A stretch of DNA of 64,000 nucleotides, taken from Sarcina sp. GTDB lineage: Bacteria > Bacillota > Clostridia > Clostridiales > Clostridiaceae. Made by a program: the position numbers and the translations under genes. A model generated the notes under the pieces. The model saw only the letters and a program-made list of their open reading frames with translations. It was not told the DNA's origin and made no database searches. Positions 48,424-59,434 of the stretch are shown in pieces. The stretch covers positions 7,817-71,816 of the forward strand of contig JBOFRC010000461.1 of assembly GCA_051650825.1 (NCBI GenBank). Reading direction: 5' to 3'. Position 1 is the first letter of the stretch, and every line of letters starts with the position of its first letter.

Positions 48424-49599
48424 ATGAGAAGATTATTTACATCAGAATCAGTAACAGAAGGACATCCAGATAAAATATGTGACCAAATTTCAGACTCAGT
48501 TTTAGACGCTATTATGGCAAAAGATCCAGAGGCTAGAGTAGCTTGTGAAACTGCTGTAACAACAGGACTAGTAGTAGTTATGGGAGAAATAACAACAAAC
48601 TGCTATGTTGATATTCCTAAAGTAGTTAGAGAAACTATCAGAGAAATCGGATATGATAGAGCTAAATACGGATTTGACTGTGATACATGTGCTGTAATGA
48701 CAACAATAGACGAGCAGTCAAGAGACATCGCTATGGGTGTTGATGAAGCTTTAGAATCAAGAGAAGGACAAAAAGATGATGTTGAAGCAGTAGGTGCTGG
48801 AGATCAAGGAATGATGTTCGGATTTGCTACTAATGAAACAGAAGAATTTATGCCAGCTCCAATAGCTATGGCTCACAGATTATCAAGAAGATTATCAGAG
48901 GTTAGAAAAAATGGAACACTTTCATATTTAAGACCAGATGGTAAAACTCAAGTTACAGTTGAGTATGAAAATGATAAACCAGTTAGAATAGATACAATAG
49001 TTATATCAACACAACATGGTGAAGATGTTAGCTTAGAACAAATTAAAGAAGATTTAATGGAACATGTAATAAAAGCTGTTATGCCAGCTGAATTATTAGA
49101 TGAAAATACAAGATATTTCATCAACCCAACAGGAAGATTTGTTATCGGAGGTCCTCAAGGAGATGCTGGACTTACAGGTAGAAAAATCATAGTTGACACA
49201 TACGGTGGATACGGAAGACACGGTGGTGGAGCTTTCTCAGGTAAAGATTCAACTAAAGTTGACAGATCAGCAGCTTATGCAGCTAGATGGGTAGCTAAAA
49301 ACTTAGTTGCTGCAGGTGTTGCTGATAAAGCTGAAATACAAGTAGCATATGCTATAGGTGTTGCTAAACCAGTTTCAATAGTTGTAGATACATTTGGAAC
49401 AGGAAAAGTTGAAGATGCTAAAATAGTTGAAATAATCAATAAAGTGTTTGATTTAAGACCAGGAGCAATCATCAATGAGTTAAACTTAAGAAGACCAATA
49501 TACAAGCAAACAGCTGCTTATGGACACTTTGGTAGAACTGATGTTGAACTTCCTTGGGAGCAATTAACAAAAGTTGACGAAATCAAAAAATATCTTTAA
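48424..49599 (+). CDS. metK: S-adenosylmethionine synthetase
   Basis: [17 protein letters not shown] and GGGAFSGKD motifs. Confidence 0.98.
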   Translation: MRRLFTSESVTEGHPDKICDQISDSVLDAIMAKDPEARVACETAVTTGLVVVMGEITTNCYVDIPKVVRETIREIGYDRAKYGFDCDTCAVMTTIDEQSRDIAMGVDEALESREGQKDDVEAVGAGDQGMMFGFATNETEEFMPAPIAMAHRLSRRLSEVRKNGTLSYLRPDGKTQVTVEYENDKPVRIDTIVISTQHGEDVSLEQIKEDLMEHVIKAVMPAELLDENTRYFINPTGRFVIGGPQGDAGLTGRKIIVDTYGGYGRHGGGAFSGKDSTKVDRSAAYAARWVAKNLVAAGVADKAEIQVAYAIGVAKPVSIVVDTFGTGKVEDAKIVEIINKVFDLRPGAIINELNLRRPIYKQTAAYGHFGRTDVELPWEQLTKVDEIKKYL

Positions 49600-49606
49600 T
49601 TAGAAT

Positions 49607-49643
49607 AAAAAAAATCAGTAGTTTAAAACTACTGATTTTTTTT
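49607..49643. terminator. Bidirectional terminator metK/nagA
   Basis: A8-TCAGTAGTT/AACTACTGA-T8. Confidence 0.85.
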
Positions 49644-49651
49644 GGTTTTAA

Positions 49652-50788
49652 TTAATTTTCATGAACTAAGTTTCCATTTACAAAGACAGATTTGATTCTA
49701 ATTTCTTCGTCAAATAATAGTAAATCAGCATCAAATCCTTCTGCGATTTGCCCTTTTCTATCTTCAACTTTACAGTGTCTAGCTGGATTATAAGAAGCCA
49801 TTTTAACAACTTCATATAAAGGATATTTTGTATTTTGATAAATGTTTCTAACTGCATTATCAAGTGTAAGAACAGAACCAGCTAATGCTCCGTTAAGAAG
49901 TCTAGCAGCACCATCAGCAACTATAACATCTTGCCCACCAAGACTATATTTACCATCTGGCATACAGCAAGCCATCATAGCATCTGTTACTAATAATGTT
50001 TTATCTGTACCTTTATTTTTGTAGGCAACTCTAAGACTTGGATATGCTATATGAATTCCATCAGAAATTGTTTCAGTTGTTATATCTGAATCAAATACAG
50101 CTCCAACAACTCCTGGTGCTCTATGTGTGAATCCTGACATAGCATTGAATAAATGAGTTGCGTGTGAACAACCACATCTAATTCCTTCCATAGCTTCTTC
50201 ATAAGTAGCTTTAGTGTGTCCCATTGAAGCTACAATATTTTTACTTGCAAGATATTCTATAAGTTCTTTTGAACCTTCAACTTCTGGAGCAAGTGTTAGA
50301 GATACAACAGCATCTTCATAATCACCAACTATTTTTTTGAAGTTTTCAACTGATGGGTTTAAAACGTAATTAGGATTTTGAGCACCTATAGCTTTTTCGC
50401 TTATGAAAGGTCCTTCAAGATGAGCACCTAATACGTTTGCTCCTTCAGTACCATTTTCTTTTGTATATTTGATTGCTTTCATAGATTTAACTATATCTTC
50501 AGCACCCATAGTCATAGTTGTAGGTGTGAATGATGTAGTACCTCTAGTAACAATTACTTTCGCTATTGCATTTATTGCTTCGATAGTTCCGTCCATAGTG
50601 TCATGGCCACCAGCACCATGGATATGAACATCAATAAATCCAGGTGCAAGATAAAGACCTTTTGCATCTATAACTTTATCAGAAGTTAAATTTTCTGGAT
50701 TTATTTTTTTTATTTTACCGTTTTCTATTAAAACATTACCTTCTTCTATTCTATCTAAATAGACAATTTTACAATTTTTTATTAACAT
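49652..50788 (-). CDS. nagA: N-acetylglucosamine-6-phosphate deacetylase
   Basis: PGFIDVHIHG, HLEGPF, THLFNAM and LAGS motifs. Confidence 0.96.
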   Translation of the reverse strand: MLIKNCKIVYLDRIEEGNVLIENGKIKKINPENLTSDKVIDAKGLYLAPGFIDVHIHGAGGHDTMDGTIEAINAIAKVIVTRGTTSFTPTTMTMGAEDIVKSMKAIKYTKENGTEGANVLGAHLEGPFISEKAIGAQNPNYVLNPSVENFKKIVGDYEDAVVSLTLAPEVEGSKELIEYLASKNIVASMGHTKATYEEAMEGIRCGCSHATHLFNAMSGFTHRAPGVVGAVFDSDITTETISDGIHIAYPSLRVAYKNKGTDKTLLVTDAMMACCMPDGKYSLGGQDVIVADGAARLLNGALAGSVLTLDNAVRNIYQNTKYPLYEVVKMASYNPARHCKVEDRKGQIAEGFDADLLLFDEEIRIKSVFVNGNLVHEN

Positions 50789-50928
50789 AAAAAAACCCTC
50801 CTTACTCTGCTAAATATATATTAATTCATTTCAATAATAGAAGTCAATTGATAACCTTGATATAAATCATTTGAAAAGGTTAAATATGATATAATTATAG
50901 TAAGATAATTTATTTTTAGGAGTCAAAA

Positions 50929-53175
50929 ATGGAAGAATTAAAAGGTATTGTTGAGAGTATAGTATTTAAGAGTGAGGATACAGGATATACAGTTATAAGA
51001 TTTAGAGTAGGCACAGAAGTTCATACAGTTGTTGGAAACTTCATGAATATTAAGGAAGGGCAGACTTTAAAATTATTAGGAACTTGGATATCACATCAAA
51101 CCTTTGGGCGACAATTTAAGATAGAAGAGCTAGAAGAAATACTACCAACATCAAAAGAAGGAATAGAAAGGTATTTATCATCAGGAGTTATACATGGAAT
51201 AGGGCCTGTAACAGCTAAGAAAATTATTTCTAAATTTGGAGAGAAAACATTAGAAGTTTTGGATAATAATATAGAGTCATTGAAATTAGTTGAGGGAATA
51301 GGAAAAAAGAAATTAGAAATTATAATAGAGTCTTATAATGAGCAAAAAGAACTTAAAAATATATCAATATTTTTTCAAGAGCATGGGATAAGTATGAATC
51401 AAACCCTTAAAATATATAAAAAATATGGGAATATGACTATTGATATAGTAAAAGATAACCCATATATTTTATGTGATGAAATTTCAGGGATTGGATTTAA
51501 AACTGCTGATAAAATTGCAAGGTCGATAGGAATAGATGAAAAGTCAAGTTTTAGAGTACAAAGTGCAATTAGATATGTAATTAATAATTTTTGTGCTCTT
51601 GGGAATACATATATGCCTAAAGAAGAATTAATTAAAAATCTTATAGAAAATTTAGGATTAGAAAAAGAAATAATAGAAGAAAATATAATTAATGCAGGTT
51701 TAGATAATAAGGTAAGAATAGAAATGCTTGAAAATCATGAAGGAGTTTTTACTATACCGTACTATTATAGTGAACTAGGCGTAACTAATAAAATCTTAAC
51801 TTTAGCTATAGCTAATTTTCAAAATATTAATGTTGATATAGAAGACCTTATAGTGAGATTTGAATGTGACAATGGAATAACTTTTGCTCCATCTCAAAGA
51901 GAGGCTATCTTAGGTGCGTTTATCAATGGGTTAGAAATAATAACAGGAGGACCAGGAACTGGGAAAACTACAATTATAAAAGCTATTATTGATATATTTG
52001 AACAATGTAAAAAGAAGGTTGTTTTAGCAGCACCAACAGGTAGAGCAGCTAAAAGAATGTCTGAGTCTACAGGACGAGAAGCAAAAACTATACATAGATT
52101 ATTAGATATGGTAGTGACTGATGATGAGGAAGAAAAAGTATTTCAAAAATTTGATTCAGAACCTATAGATGCTGATGTTGTTATAGTAGATGAGGCATCT
52201 ATGATAGATGTAGCATTGATGAATAATTTACTTAAGGCAATAAAAGTTGGAACGAGATTAATAATTGTTGGAGATATAGACCAGTTACCATCTGTTGGAC
52301 CAGGAAATGTTTTGAGCGATTTAATAGATAGTGAATTTACGAAGGTTGTAAGACTTGGAGAAATCTTTAGACAGGGTAAAGAAAGTATGATAGTAGTAAA
52401 TGCCCATAGAATTAATAAAGGAGAAATGCCACTTTTAAATGAAAAGGGGAAAGATTTTTTCTTTGTTAAAGAAGAAGTTCAAGATAGAATGTTAAATACT
52501 ATAGTAGATTTAATTAATAGAAGGTTGCCAAGTTTTAATAAATCTTGGGATAAATACAAAGACATTCAAATATTAGCTCCAATGAAAAAAGGAAATATTG
52601 GAGTAATAAATTTAAATCAAAAATTACAAGCAGCACTTAATGAAAAAAAATCTTATAAAAATGAGAAGACTTTTAGGGATATTATTTTTAGAGAAGGCGA
52701 CAAGGTGATGCAAATTAAAAATAATTATACACTAAAATGGACTAGAGTTAATGGTATTGGAGAGCGTGAAGGTGAAGGTGTATACAACGGAGATATGGGG
52801 TTTATAGAGTCAATAGATAATGATGCTAAAACTATAGCTGTTGTTTTTGACGATGAACGCCGAGTTGTTTATGATTTTATGTTTTTAGATGAGCTAGAAC
52901 ATGCATATGCAATTACTATTCATAAAAGTCAGGGAAGTGAGTTCCCTGTTGTTATTATTCCAGTTTATATGGGACCACCATTTCTTATGAATAGAAATTT
53001 AATATATACTGCTATAACTAGAGCTAGACAGTTAGTTGTTGTAGTTGGTATTCCAAGAGCTTTAAAATTTATGGTTGATAATACAGATAGTATGAAAAGA
53101 TATTCTTCTCTAAAATGGAGAATACAAGAAATTATAAAGAATGATGCGTTTGAAAGTATGGTAGATAAAAGCTAG
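50929..53175 (+). CDS. recD2: RecD2-type ATP-dependent DNA helicase
   Basis: HhH repeats, GGPGTGKTT, APTGRAAKR, VDEASM and TIHKSQGSE motifs. Confidence 0.95.
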   Translation: MEELKGIVESIVFKSEDTGYTVIRFRVGTEVHTVVGNFMNIKEGQTLKLLGTWISHQTFGRQFKIEELEEILPTSKEGIERYLSSGVIHGIGPVTAKKIISKFGEKTLEVLDNNIESLKLVEGIGKKKLEIIIESYNEQKELKNISIFFQEHGISMNQTLKIYKKYGNMTIDIVKDNPYILCDEISGIGFKTADKIARSIGIDEKSSFRVQSAIRYVINNFCALGNTYMPKEELIKNLIENLGLEKEIIEENIINAGLDNKVRIEMLENHEGVFTIPYYYSELGVTNKILTLAIANFQNINVDIEDLIVRFECDNGITFAPSQREAILGAFINGLEIITGGPGTGKTTIIKAIIDIFEQCKKKVVLAAPTGRAAKRMSESTGREAKTIHRLLDMVVTDDEEEKVFQKFDSEPIDADVVIVDEASMIDVALMNNLLKAIKVGTRLIIVGDIDQLPSVGPGNVLSDLIDSEFTKVVRLGEIFRQGKESMIVVNAHRINKGEMPLLNEKGKDFFFVKEEVQDRMLNTIVDLINRRLPSFNKSWDKYKDIQILAPMKKGNIGVINLNQKLQAALNEKKSYKNEKTFRDIIFREGDKVMQIKNNYTLKWTRVNGIGEREGEGVYNGDMGFIESIDNDAKTIAVVFDDERRVVYDFMFLDELEHAYAITIHKSQGSEFPVVIIPVYMGPPFLMNRNLIYTAITRARQLVVVVGIPRALKFMVDNTDSMKRYSSLKWRIQEIIKNDAFESMVDKS

Positions 53176-53193
53176 AGAGAGTGATTAATCATT

Positions 53194-54117
53194 ATGGAGG
53201 AAAGTATGCGAAAAGATAGTTATTATAAAGGTTTTGAAGCTGGTAGCATAGGGATAAAGGAAGCTCTTAGCTATGAGGAAAAGATTATAAATATAATAGC
53301 AGAACCTTACAAAAGTAAAGACCTTATAGAAAGCATAATTGAATCAAACAGAGATAGTGAAATTTTATATTTAAGTTCAAAAAAAAATGATGTAATGAAA
53401 AAATATAATATAGAGAGGCTAGTTTTTGATGAATTTAGAAATGAAGAATCTTATTACGATATTATTATTGTTGATGATTTAAGTTTTTTTTCAAAAAATA
53501 CTAAAGCTGAGATAACTGAGTATGTAGCATTATTATATAAATTTTCTAAAAAAATACTTATATTTAGCATAGAGATAATAATAAATAATACATTAAATAT
53601 TTATGTTTCAACGCAAGATAAAGAAACACATTTTAAAGAGCCAAGATCAATTGTAACAAGATTTGATTTAAGAAAGAAAATACCTGATATATTTTATAGA
53701 TATCTAGAATGGTTTTATAGCAAAGGTGAAAATACTGTTATATATGTTTCAAAAGAACAGGTTTTAGGTATTTACCATAAATTTAAAGAGTTTGAAACTA
53801 TCTTAAATCATGTGGAAATAAGTATTTATGATGGAAAAAGTGAAGAGTTTTACAAAAGATTAAACAATAATAAAAGCAGTATTATTATACACAATAATAT
53901 ACAGGAAATTATTGATACTTTTGAAAATGCTAATTTGATTATATATAGCGATCAAAAAAAGTTTTTTAATTATAAAGAAATAGTATTTTTATGTGGTCGA
54001 TATTCTGTATTAAAAGAAAAGAAAGAGTTAATACTTCTAAGTAGAAAAGAAAGTGATAATATAGATAAAGCAAAAAAAATTGCTAGAATATATAATATGA
54101 TTCCTTGGAGGTATTAA
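53194..54117 (+). CDS. Degenerate ComFA-like helicase-fold protein
   Basis: Residual Walker-B-like IIIVDDL, no Walker A; directly upstream of comF. Confidence 0.55.
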   Translation: MEESMRKDSYYKGFEAGSIGIKEALSYEEKIINIIAEPYKSKDLIESIIESNRDSEILYLSSKKNDVMKKYNIERLVFDEFRNEESYYDIIIVDDLSFFSKNTKAEITEYVALLYKFSKKILIFSIEIIINNTLNIYVSTQDKETHFKEPRSIVTRFDLRKKIPDIFYRYLEWFYSKGENTVIYVSKEQVLGIYHKFKEFETILNHVEISIYDGKSEEFYKRLNNNKSSIIIHNNIQEIIDTFENANLIIYSDQKKFFNYKEIVFLCGRYSVLKEKKELILLSRKESDNIDKAKKIARIYNMIPWRY

Positions 54118-54118
54118 A

Positions 54119-54766
54119 ATTTTAAAATACATTTGGAAATGCTTCATAGATGTTGTATATCCTACAACCAATAAATGTTTGATTTGTACAATAGAAACTG
54201 ATAGTGGAGTTATATGCGCAAATTGCTACAACAAAAAGGGTGAGATAAAAAATGAATATAAATTTAATGGTATAACGATATATAGCAGTAGGTATTATTC
54301 ATCAGAATTTCGAAAATTACTATATGAATATAAAGTAAAAAGAAATTTTGAGGTTGGAGAATATTTTATCGAGCTTTTAAATCGTAAAATTATAGCACAA
54401 AATTTAAAGTTTGATTTTATTACGTTTATCCCTAGTAACAATGCAACTAATAAAAAAAGAGGTTTTGATAATGGAAAGTATTTAGCTGATGGAATAGGTA
54501 AATATTTTGATATTAGAGTATTGAATATATTAAAGAAGCGTGAATTAGTAAAAGAACAAAAATATCTTAATGCTAATGAACGAGAAAAAAATATGTTAGA
54601 TGCTTTTAGTATATCTAAGTTGAAATTTGATATAGATGGAAAAACGATTTTAATAGTTGATGATATTGTAACAACAGGTGCAACATTAAAGATTTGTGGT
54701 GAAATGATAGTTGAGAAATATAATGTAAATATAATTTACTTGACTGTTTTAAAAAGTAGTATATAA
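54119..54766 (+). CDS. comF: ComF/ComFC family protein (Zn ribbon plus PRTase fold); probable ATT start
   Basis: IDVVYP..KCLIC..CANC, RGFDNG and LIVDDIVTTGATL; frame open from 54101. Confidence 0.85.
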   Translation: MLKYIWKCFIDVVYPTTNKCLICTIETDSGVICANCYNKKGEIKNEYKFNGITIYSSRYYSSEFRKLLYEYKVKRNFEVGEYFIELLNRKIIAQNLKFDFITFIPSNNATNKKRGFDNGKYLADGIGKYFDIRVLNILKKRELVKEQKYLNANEREKNMLDAFSISKLKFDIDGKTILIVDDIVTTGATLKICGEMIVEKYNVNIIYLTVLKSSI

Positions 54767-54774
54767 TAGTATTT

Positions 54775-54976
54775 GGTGCTAGGTCTGTGATTGAAAGTCG
54801 ATGCCAGTTGCAGGCAAAACGATCCACGTAAGCTAAACAAAGTTTTAGTGAGCATGGTGCAGCTTAGAAGTAAGTCCTGCCGAGAAAATCGAGAGGGTTA
54901 GTAGTGAGAGGTTGAATCCGGGTAGCGAAAGCTCCAGCAGGCGAGTGTGGGGTCAAAGATCAGGTCAGCTAGCATC
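54775..54976 (+). ncRNA. raiA-motif RNA
   Basis: GAAAGTCGATGCCAGTTGCAGGCAAAACGATCCACGTAAG..AGCAGGCGAGTGTGGGGTCAAAGA; 5'/3' ends pair; canonical comF-to-hpf position. Confidence 0.9.
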
Positions 54977-54982
54977 TTTTAA

Positions 54983-55014
54983 ACTATTAGATTAATTCTA
55001 ATAGTATTTTTTTT
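54983..55014 (+). terminator. Terminator of the raiA RNA
   Basis: ACTATTAGA/TCTAATAGT plus T8. Confidence 0.8.
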
Positions 55015-55244
55015 ATATAATACCCTACATTTTACTATACTATTAAAAGGTTTACATGTCAATATTCAAAAATATGTAAAAAAAACAGGGATTTGAAGAA
55101 AAACGATTGAAAAATTAAAAATTTGCTTAATCAATCTATTTTTTTGGACATTGTAAGCTAATATAGTTAATAGTAAAATTAAAGACATAAATAACAATTA
55201 AATTAGTTAATTAATTTAACTGTTCGTTGAAAGGGGCTGAGCGT

Positions 55245-55775
55245 ATGAAGGTAAAAATTCATGCTAGAAATATCAAATTAACAGAAGCTTTAAAAGAGAC
55301 TGTAGAGAAAAAAGTTTTAAAACTTGAAAAATATTTTATAGAGGATGTAGAAGCAAAGGCAACTTTAAGTGTTCAGAAAAATCGACATATCGTTGAAGTT
55401 CTAATTCCGTTTAATGGAATTTGTATAAGAGCAGAAGAATCAACAGATGATATGTATAAATCAATAGATTTAGTAGAAGAAAAATTAGAAAGACAAATAG
55501 TTAAATATAAAACTAGATTAAAAAGAGATGAATATAGTTCAGTAAGATATCCAGCAGTAGATCATGAGCCAGAAGTTCAAGAAGAAGAAAGCAAAATTGT
55601 AAAGGTTAAAAGATTTGACCTTAAACCAATGGATGCAGAAGAAGCTGTGTTACAAATGGAACTAATAGGACATAATTTCTTTGTATACAAAGACGGCGAA
55701 ACAAATGAAACTAGAGTAGTATACAAAAGAAAAGATGGTCATTACGGACTTATTGAGCCAGAAGATGAAAATTAA
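55245..55775 (+). CDS. hpf: Ribosome hibernation promoting factor, long HPF
   Basis: DMYKSIDLVEEKLERQ and KPMDAEEAVLQM motifs. Confidence 0.96.
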   Translation: MKVKIHARNIKLTEALKETVEKKVLKLEKYFIEDVEAKATLSVQKNRHIVEVLIPFNGICIRAEESTDDMYKSIDLVEEKLERQIVKYKTRLKRDEYSSVRYPAVDHEPEVQEEESKIVKVKRFDLKPMDAEEAVLQMELIGHNFFVYKDGETNETRVVYKRKDGHYGLIEPEDEN

Positions 55776-55787
55776 GCTTTGAAATAT

Positions 55788-55820
55788 AAAAAAGTAGCGG
55801 TAAAATTACTGCTACTTTTT
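55788..55820 (+). terminator. Terminator after hpf
   Basis: AAAAAGTAGCGGTA/TACTGCTACTTTTT. Confidence 0.8.
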
Positions 55821-55891
55821 CTATTTAATATTTATTAATTTTAGCTTGTAAGATTTTTATTAAAGTGGTATATTGTAGAAAAATAGACAAG

Positions 55892-55953
55892 TTCGTATAT
55901 GCTCAAAATATGGTTTGAGTGTTTCTACAGGGAGCCAAAATCCTAACTACGAA
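55892..55953 (+). promoter_or_regulatory. Purine riboswitch, guanine-specific (C74)
   Basis: TTCGTATAT-GCTCAAA-ATATGG-TTTGAGT-GTTTCTAC..GCCAAAA..AAC-TACGAA upstream of xpt. Confidence 0.92.
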
Positions 55954-56016
55954 TATATAGGTTTTACTATATGTTCCTTTTAGAACTCGGATTTGATAAA
56001 TATCAGGAGGCAACAT

Positions 56017-56589
56017 ATGAAAATATTAAAAGATAAAATATTAAATGATGGAATAGTTAGAGAAGGAAATATTTTAAAAGTAGATAGTTTTTTAAATCAT
56101 CAAATGGACATAAAACTATTTAATGAAATTGGAAAAGAATTCAAAAGAAGATTTGAAGGTGAAAAGATTGATAAAATTCTAACAATAGAAGCATCTGGTA
56201 TAGGTATAGCTGCAATTGTATCACAGTATTTTGATTTTGCACCTGTAGTTTTTGCTAAAAAAACAGAGAGTTTAAATTTAGATAGTGATTTGTATGAGGC
56301 TAAAGTACATTCATTTACTAAGAAAAAAACTTATAGTGTTAGAGTTGGGAAAAGATTTTTAAATGAAGGTGAAAACATATTAATAATTGATGATTTTCTA
56401 GCTATGGGATGTGCTGCAAAAGGTCTTATGGAAATTGTGAAGCAATCAAAAACAAATCTTATAGGAATTGGTATTGTAATAGAAAAAGGATTCCAAGAGG
56501 GAAGAGAAGTTCTTGAAGGCTTAGGTGCAAGAGTAGAATCTCTTGCAATTATAGAGAACTTTGATGATGGGAATATAAATTTTAAATAA
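56017..56589 (+). CDS. xpt: Xanthine phosphoribosyltransferase
   Basis: [19 protein letters not shown] and IIDDFLAMG motifs. Confidence 0.96.
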   Translation: MKILKDKILNDGIVREGNILKVDSFLNHQMDIKLFNEIGKEFKRRFEGEKIDKILTIEASGIGIAAIVSQYFDFAPVVFAKKTESLNLDSDLYEAKVHSFTKKKTYSVRVGKRFLNEGENILIIDDFLAMGCAAKGLMEIVKQSKTNLIGIGIVIEKGFQEGREVLEGLGARVESLAIIENFDDGNINFK

Positions 56590-56597
56590 TAATTTAT

Positions 56598-56628
56598 AAG
56601 TTCTTAGGTAGCCCTAAGAACTTTTTTT
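56598..56628 (+). terminator. Terminator after xpt
   Basis: AAGTTCTTAGG/CCTAAGAACTT plus T tract. Confidence 0.82.
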
Positions 56629-56835
56629 AGAAATATTATTAAGTTAAAAACTCTAATTTCAATTGATAATAATATATAAAATAATATTTCTAGTGAATAA
56701 ATATTATTAATTAAATGAAAAATATTATAAACAAAAGATTTAAAAATTACCTAAATAAAGAAGTTTAATTGAAAATATACTTACATAAGTGTTATAATTA
56801 ACAATAAATATAAACGAGAATTGAGGAGAATGATA

Positions 56836-59358
56836 ATGGGTTTTTTTGAAAAGATATTTGGGAATTATAGTGATAGACAAGTTAAAAAAATAATTCCTGT
56901 AGTAGATAAAATAGATGCTTTAATTCCAGAAATGGAAAAGTTATCAGAAGAAGAACTAAAAGGTAAAACTCAAGAATTTAGAAATAGACTTGCAAATGGC
57001 GAAACTTTAGATGACTTATTAGCAGAAGCTTTTGCTGTTGTTAGAGAAGCGTCAAGAAGAAAATTAGGAATGCAACATTATAGAGAGCAAATGATTGGTG
57101 GAATAGTACTTCATCAAGGAAGAATAGCAGAAATGAAAACAGGGGAAGGTAAAACTCTTGTTGCTACAGCACCTGTATACTTAAATGCATTAACAGGAAA
57201 AGGGGTTCATGTTATTACAGTAAATGACTATCTTGCAGCGAGAGATAGAGAATTAATGGCAACTGTGTATGAATATCTAGGTCTTACAACAGGTGTTATA
57301 GTTCACGGACTTAATAATGAGCAAAGAAGAGATGCATATAATGCGGACATAACATATGGAACAAATAACGAATTTGGATTTGACTATTTAAGGGATAACA
57401 TGGTTATTTACAAAGAAGAAAGAGTTCAAAGAAAGCTTAATTACTGCGTTGTCGATGAGGTTGACTCAATACTTATAGATGAAGCTAGAACACCACTTAT
57501 TATTTCAGGACAAGGAGATAAATCAACTGATTTTTATAAAATAGCTGATTTCTTCGTAAAAAGATTAAAAGTTGAAGATCATTTTACTGTAGATGAGAAG
57601 GCACATGCAGTTATGTTAACAGATGAAGGGGTAGAAGAGGCAGAAAAAGCATTTAATGTAGAAAACTATGCAGATTCTGAAAATATGCAATTACAACATT
57701 ATATAACACAAGCGTTAAAAGCTAATAACCTTATGAAATTAGATAAGGATTATATGGTTAAGGGTGAAGAAATTATAATTGTTGATGAATTTACAGGAAG
57801 ATTAATGGAAGGAAGAAGATACTCAGATGGTTTACACCAAGCTATAGAAGCTAAAGAAGGCGTAAAAATTAAAAGAGAATCTAAAACACTTGCTACAATT
57901 ACATTCCAAAATTACTTTAGAATGTATGAAAAACTTTCAGGGATGACTGGTACAGCATTAACAGAAGAAAATGAGTTTAGAGATATCTATAACTTAGATG
58001 TTGTTGTTATACCTACTCATAGACCAATACAAAGAATAGATCAAAAAGACTTAGTTTATAAGAGCCAAAAAGGTAAATATTTAGCTATAGTTGAAGATAT
58101 CATAGAAACTAATAAGAAGGGGCAACCTGTTCTTGTTGGTACAACAAGTATAGAAAAATCAGAAGTAATATCTCATCTATTAAAGAAAAGAGGTATTCAA
58201 CATAAGGTTCTTAATGCTAAGTATCATGAACAAGAGGCGGAAATAGTTTCTAAAGCAGGGGAATATGGTACTATTACTATTGCTACTAATATGGCAGGTA
58301 GAGGTACTGATATTAAACTTGGAGATGGTGTTAAAGAGGCTGGTGGTCTTAAGATTATTGGTACTGAAAGACATGAATCTCGAAGAATAGATAACCAGCT
58401 TAGAGGACGTTCAGGAAGACAAGGAGATCCAGGAGAATCAAGATTTTATGTGTCATTAGAAGATGATTTAATGAGATTATTTGGATCTGATAAGGTTATA
58501 GCTATTGCTGATAAACTAGGTCTTGAAGATGATGAAGCGATAGAAAATGGTATGGTTACTAAAACTATAGAAAATGCACAGAAAAAAGTAGAAGGTAATA
58601 ACTTTGATATAAGAAAGAGTCTTTTAGGATACGATGATGTTATAAATAAACAAAGAGAAATTATTTATAGACAAAGAACTGAGGTTCTTGAAGGAGAAGA
58701 TCTAAAGGCATCTATATCTAGTATGATTGAATCTATAGTTTCAGATGCAATAGCGCTTCATATTAATGATGACGATGAAGATGAGAGAGAAGCTTCATCA
58801 AAATTACTTCTTAACTATTTAGAAGACTTATTCTTACCAGTTGGGACATATACTCCAAATGAAATTTCTAGTAAAGATACAGAAGAGTTGCAAGAAATTT
58901 TAGTAGATAAAGCAAATGAATTATATAGCCAAAAAGAAGAGTCAATTGGTTCAGATCAAATGAGAGAAATAGAAAGAGTTATCTTACTTAAAATTGTTGA
59001 TACAAAATGGATGGACCATATAGATAATATGGATCACTTAAAACAGGGAATAGGACTTATGGCTTATAAGCAACAAGATCCAGTTCAAGCTTATCAACAA
59101 CAAGGTAGTGATATGTTTGAAGAAATGGTAGATAGTATACAAAAAGATACTGTTAAGTACTTATACCATGTAAGAATACAATCAGAAGCACCACAAAGAG
59201 AACAAACATTTAAAGAAACAGCAGCTACACATGGTTCAGATGATAAACCTGCTAAAAAAGAACCTTTAAAATCAGATAAGGTTGCAGGAAGAAATGATGC
59301 ATGTCCTTGTGGAAGTGGTAAAAAATACAAAAACTGCTGTGGAAGAGAAGTAGTATAA
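56836..59358 (+). CDS. secA: Preprotein translocase ATPase SecA
   Basis: [23 protein letters not shown]; C-terminal [13 protein letters not shown] zinc finger. Confidence 0.98.
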   Translation: MGFFEKIFGNYSDRQVKKIIPVVDKIDALIPEMEKLSEEELKGKTQEFRNRLANGETLDDLLAEAFAVVREASRRKLGMQHYREQMIGGIVLHQGRIAEMKTGEGKTLVATAPVYLNALTGKGVHVITVNDYLAARDRELMATVYEYLGLTTGVIVHGLNNEQRRDAYNADITYGTNNEFGFDYLRDNMVIYKEERVQRKLNYCVVDEVDSILIDEARTPLIISGQGDKSTDFYKIADFFVKRLKVEDHFTVDEKAHAVMLTDEGVEEAEKAFNVENYADSENMQLQHYITQALKANNLMKLDKDYMVKGEEIIIVDEFTGRLMEGRRYSDGLHQAIEAKEGVKIKRESKTLATITFQNYFRMYEKLSGMTGTALTEENEFRDIYNLDVVVIPTHRPIQRIDQKDLVYKSQKGKYLAIVEDIIETNKKGQPVLVGTTSIEKSEVISHLLKKRGIQHKVLNAKYHEQEAEIVSKAGEYGTITIATNMAGRGTDIKLGDGVKEAGGLKIIGTERHESRRIDNQLRGRSGRQGDPGESRFYVSLEDDLMRLFGSDKVIAIADKLGLEDDEAIENGMVTKTIENAQKKVEGNNFDIRKSLLGYDDVINKQREIIYRQRTEVLEGEDLKASISSMIESIVSDAIALHINDDDEDEREASSKLLLNYLEDLFLPVGTYTPNEISSKDTEELQEILVDKANELYSQKEESIGSDQMREIERVILLKIVDTKWMDHIDNMDHLKQGIGLMAYKQQDPVQAYQQQGSDMFEEMVDSIQKDTVKYLYHVRIQSEAPQREQTFKETAATHGSDDKPAKKEPLKSDKVAGRNDACPCGSGKKYKNCCGREVV

Positions 59359-59396
59359 TTAGTATTTAAAATATCTATTAAGCAAAAAAAGTTAAG

Positions 59397-59434
59397 AAAA
59401 CTTATTGGAATGATTTTTCAATAAGTTTTTTTTT
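59397..59434 (+). terminator. Terminator after secA
   Basis: AAAACTTATTG/CAATAAGTTTT plus T tract. Confidence 0.78.

Noticed and set aside
54775-54976. Possible 6S RNA or riboswitch
   Set aside because: Sequence and comF-hpf context fit the raiA motif; it is not a simple rod with a central bubble, and no aptamer consensus is seen.
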